A DNA stretch of 64,000 nt from Paraspadella gotoi (taxonomy: Eukaryota; Animalia; Chaetognatha): contig CM119264.1 in assembly GCA_051294375.1 (NCBI GenBank), positions 22,593,826 through 22,657,825 on the forward strand, given 5' to 3'. The position numbers and the translations under genes were made by a program. How positions within the stretch are numbered: position 1 is the first letter of the stretch; every line of letters begins with the position of its first letter. The notes beneath the pieces are model-generated. The model had not been told where the DNA came from and ran no database searches. It was given only the letters and a program-made list of their open reading frames with translations. This document shows positions 1 to 14,194 of this stretch, piece by piece.

Positions 1-302
1 TATATTTTTTTGGGTTCCCTCGTCTTTTTTTTTCTGTCAATCGCGTTGAGACGCCAGGCAAAGGCATTATACAGCTTTTCTTTTCTTTATAAATTTAAAA
101 CTATTCGATTGCTGCCTGATGATTGATGAAAGGTGCAAAATTACAAAAACCAATTTCTTTGCGTTGGCTTCCTGAGGAATACCCATTGCCCACTGGGCCC
201 AGTCCCAATGTCGGCAGTCGGCTGAAACTTGAGATTGATACAACCGATACTAAAATAATCCATTCAGTAAATAAAAACACTTTTATACCCCTTACTTTGG
301 GC
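1..302 (+). repeat. Duplicate of LMO intron segment about 7450-7751
   Basis: Near-identical sequence differing mostly by indels; it ends at a 25-N gap. Confidence 0.85.
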
Positions 303-1741
303 NNNNNNNNNNNNNNNNNNNNNNNNNGGAGAGGGAGGATTTTGACGAGCGCAAGAAAAAAGTCGGAAAGTCGAGGCTCTTTTTGCTCATTTTTTGCTTC
401 TATGGATTCCGTGGCGGCGCCAGGCGGGAAAACGGCGAAAAACGAAGGAGGAGAAACAAAATGACAACGGAGAAGAAAAGGAGCAAAAAAAAAGTTAGCG
501 GGAAAGTTGAAATTGGAAAAAGTGCCCCCGCCTTGGCGAATTTTGGCAGTGTGTCGTAAAATCGGGGTTTTGTTTAACATTTTATAAATATTCTCAATAC
601 GTTACGGACTCGCCATTCGACTAGGTCTACTCATCCTCGCAACCTCTCTCGCATTCATGCCACCACCCCCGAGCTCTCCCTCACCTCGCGCCTTTCTCAT
701 TCCTTTGACTCGGGAGTCTTTGCAAAATCAATGTTAACCAACGATGAACTGAGTACAAGTCTTTTTTCTCCTCACGTCTTGCCGCTCAAAAAAAAGTTCC
801 CTTCGATCGCTTGTAATAAAGTTTTAAAGTTAAAAATATTCTTTTAATATCGATAAGTAGAAGCATACTGAAATTTTTGCTGTTTTTGTAATGTAGATAT
901 AAGATATAAAAAAGTAAACGAAGCTTAATATATCTCCTGCGGCGACCAATTGGGGCTCGATTCGCATCGTTTTTATTGTGTCTGGCGTTTTCTTCTTCTT
1001 TTCTCTTCTGTTTTTTTTATTTGGCTATGCTATTAATGTGCTTTCTGTCCTGCAGGCACTACTTCGTCGTCGTGCGTCGTCCCGTATTCGTTGTCATCGT
1101 CGACGCCGCCTCCATCTCAAACAGCCAAAAATTTGTCGAATTTGTGCGATATAGAAATAAATAAATGATAACAAGAAATTCGAGATAAATCTTTTTATCC
1201 TTCCGTACGCCCTTTTTGTTTTTTGCAGAAAAAACATTCGAAACGAGAAGGAAAGCGAAGAACGATAATTTTTTAGTAAGGTAATTTTTTTGTAAAAAAA
1301 AAAAAAGAGAATGGGAAAGGCGGGTTACGAAAATGATCTAATCCGAATAAGATGTTTCACATTGTGGAAAATATATTACGAAAATATTAACATCTCGATC
1401 TCCTGAACAACAGCCGCCGGCACTGACGCCACTGCGCTCCGTCGGTACAGCTGTTTCTCGTTTAATGAATGTAATCGCCGAATGGGCAAAAATTCGAGCA
1501 GAGATGCGAAATGTAAATCCTTTCTTCATCGTCCACCCCGCCCGCTTACACTCCACTACCAATTTAGGATCTCTCTCTCTCTCCTTCTCTTCTCCTCTCT
1601 CTCTCTGCTCTCTCGTCTCTCTCCTTCTCTCTCGTCATCTCTCTCTGCTATCGCTCTCCTTTGCCAATGTTCCACGACCTCTTTTAAACGTCCGACCTTG
1701 GCATTTCAACTTTGGGCGTTAGAAGTTAACAAAGAGAGAGA

Positions 1742-1783
<42 letters not shown>

Positions 1784-3399
1784 AGAGAAGAGAAGAGAGA
1801 GAGAGAGAGAGAGAGAGAAGAGAGAGAGAGATAGGATTAAAGATACGAGTGTGAGGAGATAATCGTTTTTCCATCCTACAGCGATGGATATTACGAGTTA
1901 AATATAATGGTCGACGCTATAAAGATCATTGCTTCGTCAAGAAACGAAAAAAAGAAAAAAAAAAAAAAGGGAAAAAAAAAAACCAAAAAAAGGAGCAAAA
2001 AAAAAAAAGGAAACGCAAAAATAAGAAAAACCAAAAAAAATAAAAACACCAAACGCATTCAAAGCAAAAACTAATCGTAAAAGGAATCGCTCTTCATCCA
2101 ATTAAGCGACCGCAAGAAAGGAGAATAAAAAGAAAAAAATAACAAGAACAAAATTTCTATAAAAAGTAAAATTATTATTTTTGGAAAAAATAACGAAGGA
2201 TTTTCTTCGTTTAATATTTTCATTAGTTAAAGCGTTTGATCGCATCGTCTCCTATCTGCATTTTTTATTTTCTGCCGCATTCATTTCTAATTCCCTCTTT
2301 TCTCTGACTCTCTTGTTTTTAAATTGAATTCAAACTTTTTGCCTATTGAATTCAAGCCAAAGATGAAAATTTTAAAAAATAAAAATGTTTAAGCATTAAA
2401 ACTACAAAAAGAAACTTCCATTAACAGATAATGTTAGCATTAAAACTACAAAAAAGAACTTCCAATTAACAGATTAACAATCAGATCGGAGACGATTTAA
2501 AATCCCACGAAACTCTTGAACCGACGCCAATTTCGACGACGACGACAACCGAACGACGACGACCACAGGCGCCATCAGCTACTCCCGTAGAGGAGCTCAA
2601 TCCACGAACTCGATCCATGAGGCGTTCTCCATGAATGGCAGATGGCAGCTGCCACGAAACTTTGTCCACTCTCCGCCAACTCCTGCCCGCTGCGCGCCCC
2701 GACGCAAATGCAGGTAGGGCGCTGGAAGTTTTGCCACACCTTGAAACTTTTTTAAGTCTGTTCTATTAAGTTTTATGTTTTTAGAATGTTAAATATCCCA
2801 CACGCATTTTTAAAAATTAACAAATCTCGTCAGAATTTTATCCATTAGATTTACCTAACTTACCTTCTCATGTTTCGACCGCTCACCCTTTTTCCAGGGT
2901 ACACCACGCGTCCGGGAAATCCACTTGGAACCCCCTCCCCCAAGTGGCCGACTCCACTGCGCGCCACTTCATTGCACCCTCGCCACAAGTAAGTCCGCTT
3001 CAACGCCTCATAAATGTCATAAAATACATAATGTAATGTTCACAAACCTCCACTTAAAAATCGCCAACCTGTCATTATTTATGAGTGATTGTGAAGCCTT
3101 TTTTGAAAAAAAATCTTTTTTCAATTTTGGAATTTGAATTAACCTTATTTAATTCCAAAAAACGCTAATTTTAAACTTTTTTATAAAGTATTGGATCACA
3201 GTTTCCATCGTTCTATTTTTTAATCTTCTCCTTTTACAGTTGTTTAAGCTTATTTAAACTTTGTTACACAATAAACTCTCTGATACAGAATAAAAATACA
3301 CAATTTCTCAACTCCCTATTTTAACCTTCTCACTTCGCGCCCTTCAAAAGCCTCTGCCAACCGGAACCGTTTCCCCGCCTGCTTCATCCTCCTCGTCGT

Positions 3400-5335
3400 C
3401 TTCTTCCTCGTCCCTCTTCCTCTTCTTCCACGACGCAAGAACGCTCTACCCTTCTCCCCCATCGGCGCCTTTCTCTCCCCGTGCGTTCGTCGGCAGCCGC
3501 AAAGATCCCATTCCGGCTTCCGCGAATGCAGCAACGGCACTCGCCCGTCTCGCAACCTCGGCGGCGGCCAATGGACCCGCCGGCGCCACCGGGGCCGGTC
3601 GTCTGCCGCCGGATGTCATAAGAGCATCGCCGACAAGTTTTTGCTTCAAAGGTAAAAAGGGAAGGAATAAATGAAATGAATGAATGAAATGAATGAAATG
3701 AATGAATGAAATGAATGAATGAATGAATGATGAATGAAATGAATGTGGTATTGTGTCTCAATGGTACTGTCGGTTTAAACTTTTACATATTGTGCGGAAC
3801 TGTGTTCTTAAATCTTTATTTCTGAGAATAACAATGACAAAGATATTTCCCCTTATTGAATTCATTGATTCCTCACGGCGTTGGACCAACATTGGCACGA
3901 GGATTGCCCTAATGGTACCCTGCTGTGATTGTCGATTGGGCGAAGTCGGTTCCACCCCTCTACACGAAAGCCAAACCTCATGCATTTGCAAAAAGAGATT
4001 ATTTGAGGTAAGTTTCGAGAAAGATTCAGGAGTAGGGATAATTTTTTTTAAAAAAGAATAGTTTAAATTAAATAATATTCCATTGGTACATTGGTACATA
4101 CACCATAGGATTGATTAGCGTAAATTTTTTTCATATAAATTTTCACAAACATATTTAAATTACGCTAGCAATAAAAACCAATTCTTTCGCAACATCCTAA
4201 ATTAACAGAAAAGAATGTTTTTGACGACAGAAATGGGAAAAGTTAAGATTAATAAATCTAATTAAACGGCTTCGCTTTTGCAATCACGTTGCTTTATTAG
4301 CTATTATGATAGAAATCAGAAGGCGTAAACAATGCATAAATAAAAGTGGGACAAATTCCATTTTCGGAGCAATAAAATCGGGTTAATGTTTCATCACCGC
4401 GACTTTCGGGAAATATGATTATCGAAATGGAAGCGATTTTCCGGGATTCGCGTCGCCGGCGAGACTTCAGCCTGCTTTCCTCGTTGCCTTTCAGATGCGA
4501 AAAGCCGCGAAAAGCCAATGCGGGGAAAGTAAATCGGTTACGGATAAGCAAAGCTAATCGGGGAGAAGAATCTGGTTACAGATAAGCAAAGCCAATCGGG
4601 GAAAGTGAATCGGGTTACGGATTAAGCAGCAATCGGGGAAAGTGAATCGGATTACAGATAAGCAAAGCCAATCGGGAAAGTGAAAATCGGTAGCAGATAG
4701 CAAAGCGCAATCGGGGAAAGTGAATCGGTTAGGAATAAGCAAAGCAATCGGGGAAAGTGAAATCGGGTTATGGATAAGCAAAGCCAATAAGGGAAAGTGG
4801 AAATCGGTTACAGATAAAGCAAAGCCAATCGGGGAAAGATAATGGCTTATCAATTAATGACAGACGTAAGGTATAAATAACTTTATAGACTTATTGTAAC
4901 TTTATAAAGACTTGTTATGACTTATAAAAAATTAAATTAAACAAAGCCGGAAGAGTAGTTTGCAAATCTCCTAGGTTTTAACGCCCGCAAGTTAAACTAT
5001 GAACAGACTAAGAACAGACTAACTTAACTAAGCTATATAACTATTTTATGAAGTTTGTGGTCCAATTGTATTGCAACAGTGATTAAGAAAAAAAACAATG
5101 AGCCCGACACAAACTGCGTCAAGGCAATTAATCTAACAGCGATTATCTGAGGCAAACAGGGTCGATTGCGTCGGCGACTGCGTCGGCGACTGGCGTCGTG
5201 CGTCCCGTCCGTCTGCCCGCGGCGTCCGACCTTTTGCCGGCGTCCTGGATTTTAATTGGAGCATGGAGTAAATTGGACAGCGACGGGCACTAATTGCTTC
5301 GACGCTGGATGAAATCCAGGACGAGGATGAGAGAG

Positions 5336-5396
<61 letters not shown>

Positions 5397-7161
5397 GGAT
5401 GGTTTTTAAGGGGAGGATGGAGGGAGAAAGGAGGAGGGAACTGGTATTGGAAGTAGAAAACGAATCGACGGGAATCAAGAGAAGAGGAAAAAAGAAGGAG
5501 GAAATAACCGAATTTGAGAAAAGAAAAAGAAGGATTGGCCGATGGAGGAATTGAGATGAAAAAGAATGAAGAGAAGTAGAAAAGAAAAATGGAAGGAAAA
5601 AAAACTAATCGCTTTTCTCTCTCTCTCTGCCTCTCTCTCTGCTCTCTCTAGCTCTCTCTCTCTCTCGCATCTCTCGCTCTCGTCTTCGCGCTGATTGGCT
5701 ACTCATCATTTATTGGCGCGTCGTTCATTTTCAAGGAGAGACGTTTTAAAACCATCAAGACGTGAAATGAAAATTTGATCGTAAAGCGAAGCAGACGCGG
5801 CTGACGGAACCAGTTGTAAGAGAATTTTATTACGCCAAAATGCCGCGACAGAGAGAGAGAGAGAGAGGGGGGGGAGAGGATGAGCATGTGCCATTCATAA
5901 CCTTTTTAATAGTTACGAAGCCGTAAATTTTTTGCAACGTAATTCTCTTGGTACTACCTTTATTCTTTATTTATGTAAATCATATGGTAATATATTGTAT
6001 GATCTATGTCTGTTTTGGTCCCTTTTCTCTTTTCCTACTACGCATCCTTCTCTGCTTTTTTCTTGCTTTGAAATCGTGATTTTTTCGCTCAGTCCTCCAG
6101 CCCCCTCAACAATCTTTTACAATCCACATCTTTCTCCCGCAGTCACTCATCTATCCCAATATCCCACTTTTATATCCTTACTTTATACCTATCTTGCCTT
6201 CCTTCAAACTATCCCATTTCCACTCACATCCTCTGGTTTCGCCTTCAAAATCTTCAATGCCATCTTCAATCTTTGAATCCCCAGCTCCCTATCTCTGGCT
6301 CCCCAACCTCCCCACTTCCCGGCCATTTCCCCGCTCCTGTATCTGCTGCTGCACCAATTCTCTACCTTTCCATTCCCCGCTCTCCCTATCTCTGGCTCCC
6401 CCATCTCCACTTCCCCTTCCCGCTCCCTATCTCTGCTCCCTAATCCTCCACTTCCCCTTCCCGTCTCCTATCTCTGGCTCCCATAATCTCCATTCCCCTT
6501 CGCCGCTCTCCTAATCTCTGCTCAATCTTCACTTCCCTTCCCGCGCTCCCCTATGCTCCTGCTCCGCAAGCTTCCACTTCCCCCTTCCCCGCTTGCTCCT
6601 ATGTCTGCTGCCCCAATCTCGCAACTTCCCTTCCCCGCTCCCCTATGCTCATGCTCCCTAATCTCGCACTTCCCCTTCCGCCGCTCCCCGACTATTCTCT
6701 GCTCCCCATTCTCTACTTGCCCTTCCCCGCTCTCTAATGTCTGCTCCCCAATCTCCACTTCCCCTTCCCCGCTCCCCTATTCTCTGCTCACCCAATCTCT
6801 ACTTCCCCTTCCCCGCTCCCATATCTCTGCTCCCCATCTCCACTTCCCCTTCCCCGCTCCCTATCTCTGCTCCCCAATCTGCCTCCCCTTCCCCCGTCTC
6901 GTGAATAATTAACAATTTCCCCGGCGGCTGGTTTTGATGAAGCGACGCTCGACGGAGATTCCGTCGCTTTGATGAAAAACGAGGCGCGGAGGGGGGTGGG
7001 GGTGGGGGGAGGGATGGGGGAAAAAGAGGGAGAGGGGGGGGGAGAAGGGAATGGGGGAAATGGGTCAGAGACGAGAAGAAAGGAAAGGGCGGAAGTTAGG
7101 AGGAGAGAAAAGAGAGGGGAAAGGTGTGAAGAGAGAAACGGGAAAATAAGGGAGGAGAATT

Positions 7162-7213
<52 letters not shown>

Positions 7214-7226
7214 GAGAGAGAGAGAA

Positions 7227-7284
<58 letters not shown>

Positions 7285-9446
7285 GGTGGACGTAAGGGAT
7301 CTTAGTGCGAGTGAGAGAGAGTAAGTACATAATTAACCATGATAGGGAGAATGAGTGGAGTAGCATCGAAGTGCGTCTCGTCTCTCTGCTATCGCGTCAG
7401 TCGTGACTCTATTCATTTATATTCATGGATTATTTTTGATTTTTTCTCTATATATTTTTTTTGGGTGCCTCGTCTTTTTTTTTTCTGTCAATCGCGTTGA
7501 GACGCCAGGCAAAGGCATTATAACAGCTTTTCTTTTCTTTATAAATTGAAAATATTCGATTGCTGCCTTGATGATGATGAAAGGTGCAAAATACAAAACC
7601 AAGTTCTTTGCGTTGGCTTCCTGAGGAATACCCATTGCCCACTGGGCCCAGTCGCATGTCGGCAGTCGGCTGAAAATTGAGATTGATACAACCGATACTA
7701 AAATAATCCCATTCAGTAAATAAAACACTTTTATACCCCTTACTTTTGGGCCGACTATCTCTTCTAAAATAGTAATAACAATAACAATCAAAACAACTGA
7801 GTATCAAGCTTTCTTATGATCCAAGTGGTATAATGTTTTACGATCTGTTTTTATTGTAGGACCAGTCACTCAACTATTTAGATCGCGTAATACTATATTG
7901 ATACAACACCCAGAATAAAAGAGCTTTTAATTAGTTTTCATTTAATGAATTCTTTCCTTTTCCGTTCCGATTTCAGATTGTTTGGAATCAACGGGATGTG
8001 CAACGCCTGTCCAAGACGATCCCCGCTTTCAGATGGTCATGAAGGGATCAAAGGGGGAAACGTTATCATCTTCAGTGCTTCACTTGCCATTGGTGCGGTC
8101 AGAGGTAAGTCAAATTGGGAATATGACATTAGTCGATTTAGCAATTGGCAAAGTAAGTAATATCTTAGATTTACGTACAACTTGAGTGAGAAGCATTTGA
8201 GGTTTGATCACTTCATCAATCAGTTTGAAAGTTTATGAAATGGTACAAACAATATAAAAAATTATCATTCATTTAATAGATAAGCTATCTTGCCCCTGAC
8301 TTTTGGACAGGCTTTGGTGGTTTAAGTGCCTCCATCACCTACAAGATAATGACATAGCAGGTCCCTGCAAGCTTTCAATCAGACTCTCTCACAAGTCTCG
8401 TTTATTCACTCCCAGAGTACCTGGCTTCCCTATCAGTGAAGTGGTATAATATTTCAAAAGAATGTTTCAATTGTATGAAAAGACCACTCCCTTAAGTATT
8501 AGATCGCGGGAATACTTATGTACTCCGCACTAGCATCAAAAATACAAGGAGCTGAATTTTTATGAAATTGTACAACCATATAAAAATATCCATTCACTTT
8601 AATAAATAAGCTATCTTGCCCCTGACTTTGACAGGCTTGGTGGTTTAAGGCCTCCATCACTCTTACAACAAGATAATGACATAGCAGGTCCCTGCAAGCT
8701 TTCAAGCTTTTATGTGAGATTTAAAAAATGGAAAAAAATTTAAAAAAACACTTTTGATCCAAAACGAAACGATAGCATTCTGCACCTTTTAATTATAAAA
8801 TTATAAATTTTGTTCTGATAATTTATCGATTGGAAATAAAAAGGCTTTCGCCACCCTCCAATGGTCCCTCCATCCGACTCCCACCAGATTCTGCGTGGGT
8901 GACAAGTTCTTCATGTGGGACAACAAAATCCTCTGCGAATTCGACTACGAGGAGAAGATCCTTCGCGGCGACGTCAACTCCCCCGCCGGGCACCTCATCC
9001 CTCCCCCGCCCCCTTCCGCCGCTGCCGCCGCCGCCGCCGCCGCCGCCAAGTCAAAACCCGCCAACAACAACACTAGTCACAATAACAACAACAACAGTCA
9101 CAACAACAACGGCTCTCCTCACCACCACCACTCCTCGCCGTCGCCGATGGGGGGCGCTTTTCCCGTCGGCGGCGGCGTGGGCGTCGGTGGCGGCGCCTCT
9201 CCTTCCTCGCTCGGGCCTCTGCCGGGAGTCCGGGTCAAATCTCCGGGAGGTGGCGGACTCGGCGCCACCGCGCATCACCACGGCAACCCCATGACGGCGC
9301 CGCTTCCCATGGGCGCCGCAACGCCGCCGGGTACGATTTGCGGCGGTGGAGGCGCGGGCCCGGGAAGTCTCCATCAGATGGCGCCGATGGTTCCGGGGGA
9401 TGGCGCCATCACCGCCAACGGCGCCGGTCACGTTATGCCCGTGTGA
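3400..9446 (+). CDS. LMO: LIM-domain-only protein, LMO1/LMO3/Beadex type (spliced; 5' start uncertain)
   Basis: Exon ending 3651 gives VC(A)GCHKSIADKFLL. Exon 3878-4007 gives ALDQHWHEDC..CCDCRLGEVGSTLYTKAN..CKRDYLR. Exon 7977-8104 gives LFGINGMCNAC.KTIPAF.MVMK..GNVYHLQCFTCHWCGQR. Exon 8888-9446 gives FCVGDKFFMWDNKILCEFDYEE followed by a low-complexity tail and TGA. The two tandem LIM domains match the LMO1/3/Bx signature. Several 1-nt indels in the first three exons must be assumed. Possible further upstream exons end at 2713 and span 2898-2988. Confidence 0.9.
3878..4007 (+). CDS. LMO: LMO exon, LIM1 C-terminal part
   Basis: CCDCRLGEVGST and KRDYLR are recognisable; GTAAG donor at 4008; the acceptor is corrupted and indels are present. 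Confidence 0.85.
4511..4840. repeat. Minisatellite, unit about 38-40 bp (aaagccaatcggggaaagtgaatcggttacagataagc), about 8 copies
   Basis: Direct inspection. Confidence 0.9.
6275..6897. repeat. C-rich minisatellite, unit about 39 bp (cccgctccctatctctgctccccaatctccacttcccctt), about 15 copies
   Basis: Direct inspection. Confidence 0.9.
7977..8104 (+). CDS. LMO: LMO exon, LIM2 N-terminal part
   Basis: tttcag acceptor, LFGINGMCNAC...YHLQCFTCHWCGQ, GTAAGT donor at 8105; indels are present. Confidence 0.85.
8233..8705. repeat. Direct duplication of about 145 bp (8233-8377 and 8560-8705) in an LMO intron
   Basis: taagctatcttgcccctgacttt...gtccctgcaagctttcaa occurs twice. Confidence 0.8.
8888..9446 (+). 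CDS. LMO: LMO terminal exon (end of LIM2 plus Pro/Ala/Asn/His/Gly-rich tail)
   Basis: ccaccag acceptor; uninterrupted frame FCVGDKFFMWDNKILCEFDYEEKILRG...HVMPV*. Confidence 0.9.
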
Positions 9447-12400
9447 ACGGCGCCCGGTCGAAGCGGCGCGCCTTCGAAGACTGTTTTATTTATTTCTGTA
9501 AGGGGAAACAGAAGAAAAAACAGAAGACGTCAACTTTTTTTGTGAATTTTTCGTAAAAGTCGTTGTTTGTTGTATTAAAAACAACTTGAGAGTCAAAACA
9601 TTCCTCGTCTTCTTCTCCTCTTCTCAAGAAAGAAAGATTTTGAAATGGACGGAAAAAATTTGACGATTGTTGCACTTTTATGAATTTTTTTTGTGACGAC
9701 CCAGAAATTCACTTTTGATCTCGATTTTCATTTTTAAAAAAATAAAAATTTTTACTCACATTGTTGTTGAAATATTTCTATTGTGCGGGAATAGTTTTTT
9801 GTCCTTAATATTTTTTTTTCGTGTTAATCTTTTTAAAAAAAAAAACAAACATGTCATTGTAGCTTTAGCCCATGTCTTTTCATGTTACAATATCCAAAGG
9901 CATGGGAAAAGTTTTAACTTAAGTGGTTTTCTCAAATTCGTTTGGCAAACCCCTCTAGTTGCTGTTTCGAGTATGAAAGCGATTAGGTTTTGTTTTATTT
10001 GTTAATTGTCCCCAGAAAAATTTAAAGATGCCAAATATCCTATGACATGTATATAGCTGAGCTGTCTTAAATTGTTGAACTAAGTGTGATTACTCATTTA
10101 ATCTTTATTTAAAAAACATGGCACATCTGTAAATCGATCCAGACAGAGTTTTGTCAAATACAGATCATGTAAATTTGAACTTACTTCGATTTTCGTTTGA
10201 TATTGATACCAGAAAAGCGAGTTAGTAATATAAGATATTTAATAAAAAAGTAAAATAATGAATAACCGCAATTTTAAACGTGAAACATTTAACCTTCAAG
10301 ATTATATTTATTTATAGATTAGCAATGAAAAAATTGTTTGCAAGAATAAGTACTAAAAAATATTAGAAAAGATTGGAAGGAAAAAACTTAGCTTAGTAGC
10401 TATGTCACTAAACGTTACTAAGTTTCGGTAATCGGTATTGGTATGTACCGCTCTGGGAGTAAATAAATTTAAATAAGAGAGCACCAAGTCCTTGCGGAGA
10501 AAACATGGCTATTGTGAGTATTGATCAAGTTGCACTGTGAAACAAAAATCAAATAAAAGATCTAAGCCTCAAAAAAGAAATGGAGGGTAACTATTTACAG
10601 GGTCTTCAATGTGGACCCATACGAAAAGACTTGATTAACCTTTAATTCTTTAACTGTATATTATTTTTAAAACATTTATTAGTTAAAAAATAACTTGATG
10701 TTTATGTTAACCTAAAAAAATATTAAAATTTCTTAATTGTATCATCAATTTTTAACAATTTAACAATTTTTAATGCTGATTGTGAAGTTATCTATTATAA
10801 AAATAATTTTTTTATGATAAAAATTCAGTTTGTTGATTTGTTATTATTAAAAAAAATTATCATGTAAAACCTAACTTATTTACTATGGTAACTATTATTT
10901 ATCAATAATAATGTCTTTCGTACTTTTTCCCCCCAAGCTGAAATATTTTTTTAATAGATTTTAAAGGGCAAGCGTAATGATTATTATTAAGTATTATTCA
11001 TATTATAAAAAAAAAAATTTTTTACTCTGGTTTGTGATACATTTTCTACAGTATCTTATTAATTATAAAAATAAAGCATAAAAAAAAATTCAGTGGTTTT
11101 AATGGGAACAGAAGGATTGCTTCATCAGAAATTTACCCTCTGAGGAAAATATTTATAACATCGCAACTATCCTAGCTAGAATATTACAAATTAGTGAGAA
11201 AAAAGTCAAATATTTTTCTATTAATATAAAAAATTTTATAACTTGAATGCTTTTTGTTTCGATTATATTACAAGTCTTTTCGTATCAGTCCGGTTTGAAA
11301 ACCCTGTAAAATATTCGAATTGAATGACGAGTTTGACAATTATTAGAAACAAGGATTGTAAGAAAGCTTAAAAAAATGAAAGTTAAGATTGGGCATTGTA
11401 TTTGTAGTGTTTTGTTCCAGGAAAGATGCTAATCTTGACTTTTTTTCAACATTTTTGAGGAGTAGATCTTTTGTTTGATTTTTGTTTTATACCGTAAATT
11501 ATGCCATCTTGAAAAAAATTTGAAAACTAATAGAAAATTGAATGAAAAACAAAAGAAAAAATGTTTTGCTCTTATTGATAACATAAGGAATATTTTTAAA
11601 ATGGAATTACGCGTTGTGTGAACAAGCTATTTAGAATATAATGGCGAAAATTCAATCAACACTTAAACAACTTTTTATTTTTAAATTCTTTTTAAAATTT
11701 TTAACTTTTATTAATTTAGCTAAGTAATTTAGCTAAGTTTTCACATTTCTAGACGAGAAAGAATAGAATGATAACAATTTTATTTAAAAACGTAACTCTA
11801 TGAAGTCATCTTTTTTATAAGTTATTCTGTTTTTTTATTAAATATCTCTAACTTTCACAATTAAGCTAATATAAAAAGGGAAAATAAAACTTTTGACCGA
11901 CATTAAAAAAAACTTTTGTCAAAAATATTTTTATTGTTTGGGCGCGAACGGCGTAGTTGGCGGCGATGACAAAGGAAGTAAGTCTGGCGACCGACGACAA
12001 CAACGACGACGACGACGAATTCGAAACTAACGAAGATTAAATAAAAGTCGGTCCTTTGAAATTCGGATCTGATTTGAAAAAGAAAATCTTGGCGAATGTC
12101 GACGCCTCACGATCCTTTTTCCTCCTCCCCCCCTCCCTCTCATCCTCCTCTTCTCATTAAAAACCCCCGGCTCTTTCTTCTTCTTTCTCCCCCTTCCCCA
12201 CTCCTCGTATTTTATTTTTTCCTTCTTTTATACTATCCTCGATCTTTCCTTCCTTCCTTCCTTCAATTTGTCTTTCTTTTCATTTTTTTTCGCCCTTCCT
12301 CGTCTCTTCTATGTTTCGCTTCTTTCGTTATTAACGATGTTTAAATATTAATCTCGACTTCTGGTCATTTTTTACGAATATTTTTTTTTTCGCGACTTCA

Positions 12401-12461
12401 ATTTTTTTTTTTTTTGGCGTCGCGTCGTCGGAATGTTGCTGTCATCGGATAGTTTGTTTTT

Positions 12462-13482
12462 TTTTTGTAGGCTGTCGAACTTGCGGATCTTGTCTTCATT
12501 TTTCATCGACTCCATCAGCGTCTTTGTTCGTTAACGTCTTCGTCTCTTGGCTTTTGACATGAATGTCTTCATCGCTGTTTTTTTAGGCTGCGAATTTTGC
12601 GGTATCTTGTCTCATTTTTCATCGACTCCATCAGCGTCTTTTCGTTAACGTCTTCGTCGTCTTGGCTTTTGACATGAATGTCTCATCGCTTTTTTTTTAG
12701 GCTGCGAATTTCGGATCTTGTCTTCATTTTTTCATCGACTCCATCAGCGTCTTTGTTCGTTAACGTCTTCGTCGTCTTGGCTTTTGACAGTTGAATGTCT
12801 CATCGCTTTTTTTTTAAGCTGCGAATTTGCGGATCTTGTCTTCATTTTTTATCGACTCCATCAGCGTCTTTGTTCGTTAACGTCTTCGTCGTCTTGGCTT
12901 TTGACATGAATGTTCTTCATCGCTTTTTTTTTAGGCTGCGAATTGCGGATCTTTGTCTTCATTTTTCATCGACTCCATCAGCGTCTTTGTTCGTTAACGT
13001 CTTCTCGTCTTGGCTTTTGACATGAATGTCTTCATCGCTTTTTTTTTAGGCTGCGATTGCGGACTCTTGTCTTCATTTTTTCATCGACTCCATCAGCGTC
13101 TTTGTTCGTTTAATCTCTCGTCGTCTGGCTTTTGACATGAATGTCTTCATCGCTTTTTTTTTAGGCTGCGAATTTGCGGATCTTGTCTTCATTTTCATTC
13201 CGACTCCATCAGCGTCTTTGTTCGTTAACGTCTTCGTTCGTCTTGGCTTTTTACATGAATGTCTTCATCGCTTTTTTTTGCGAGCTGCGAATTGCGGATT
13301 CTTGTCTTCATTTTTCATCGACTCCATCAGCGTCTTTGTTCCGTTAAGTCTCGTTCTGCTTGCTAATGTCTTCATGCTTTTGTCTGCGAATTTGTGGATC
13401 TTGTCTTCATTTCATCGACTCATTGCGTCTGTTGGTTCGTTAACGTTCTTCGTCGTCTTGCTTTTGACATGAATTCTATCGC
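12462..13482. repeat. Tandem repeat, unit about 118-120 bp, about 8.5 copies
   Basis: Unit taggctgcgaatttgcggatcttgtcttc...gacatgaatgtcttcatcgc(t)n is repeated. Confidence 0.92.
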
Positions 13483-13744
13483 TCAAACTCATCTTCGTTT
13501 TAAAGTAACAATCTTCTTTATTTTTCTAAAAATTTTTTTTTTTTTTCTGAAATAAAAAGAGACAATTGAGAATTAAGACAATAAGAAGATTAAACATTTT
13601 GAAACAATATGACATTTTAAACGATAAATGAGTACATGAGCAAGACTAATTGACTAATGCGCACTAAGAATAAAATTCAAACAATTAGGATCATTGCGGA
13701 CATTGGAATTGGAAAAGTATTAAGATATATCAATGAAAATCATG

Positions 13745-13917
13745 AGTGAATATTATCATTATGGTTCCTACCTTTACACTAGGCCATTTGCCTTTTTTTT
13801 TGTAGTCATAGACAGAAACTTGGCAAATGAAAACGAGTAAATACTATCATTATGGTACCCTAACATTTATACTAGGCCATTGCCTTTTTTTTTAAGTCAT
13901 AGACAGAAACTTGTCAA
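13745..13917. repeat. Two tandem copies of a unit of about 90 bp
   Basis: tatcattatgg...actaggccat...gtcatagacagaaacttg occurs twice. Confidence 0.75.
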
Positions 13918-14157
13918 TTTTTTTTTTTAAACTGATCATAAATAGAAAGGCATAAATACCAGATTAAAATTATTGGAATTACCCTTATTCCTAATATTAT
14001 TATCCTTATCGTTTATGATACTATTATTATTTTATCATTATTACTATTATTATTTTTACATTATTATTATTATTATTATTACTATGATTGGAATTACTAT
14101 TATTGGAATTACCCTCATTCCTAATTATTATTGTTCTTATCATTAATGATACTATTA

Positions 14158-14194
<37 letters not shown>

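Noticed and set aside
3400-8104. LMO as a pseudogene because of frameshifts
   Set aside because: Residues are strongly conserved, the last exon is clean, and nearby repeats show the same indel noise.
12462-13482. Tandem array as CRISPR or a repeat-protein exon
   Set aside because: The units are contiguous with no unique spacers, the context is eukaryotic, and the frames contain stops and variable poly-T lengths.
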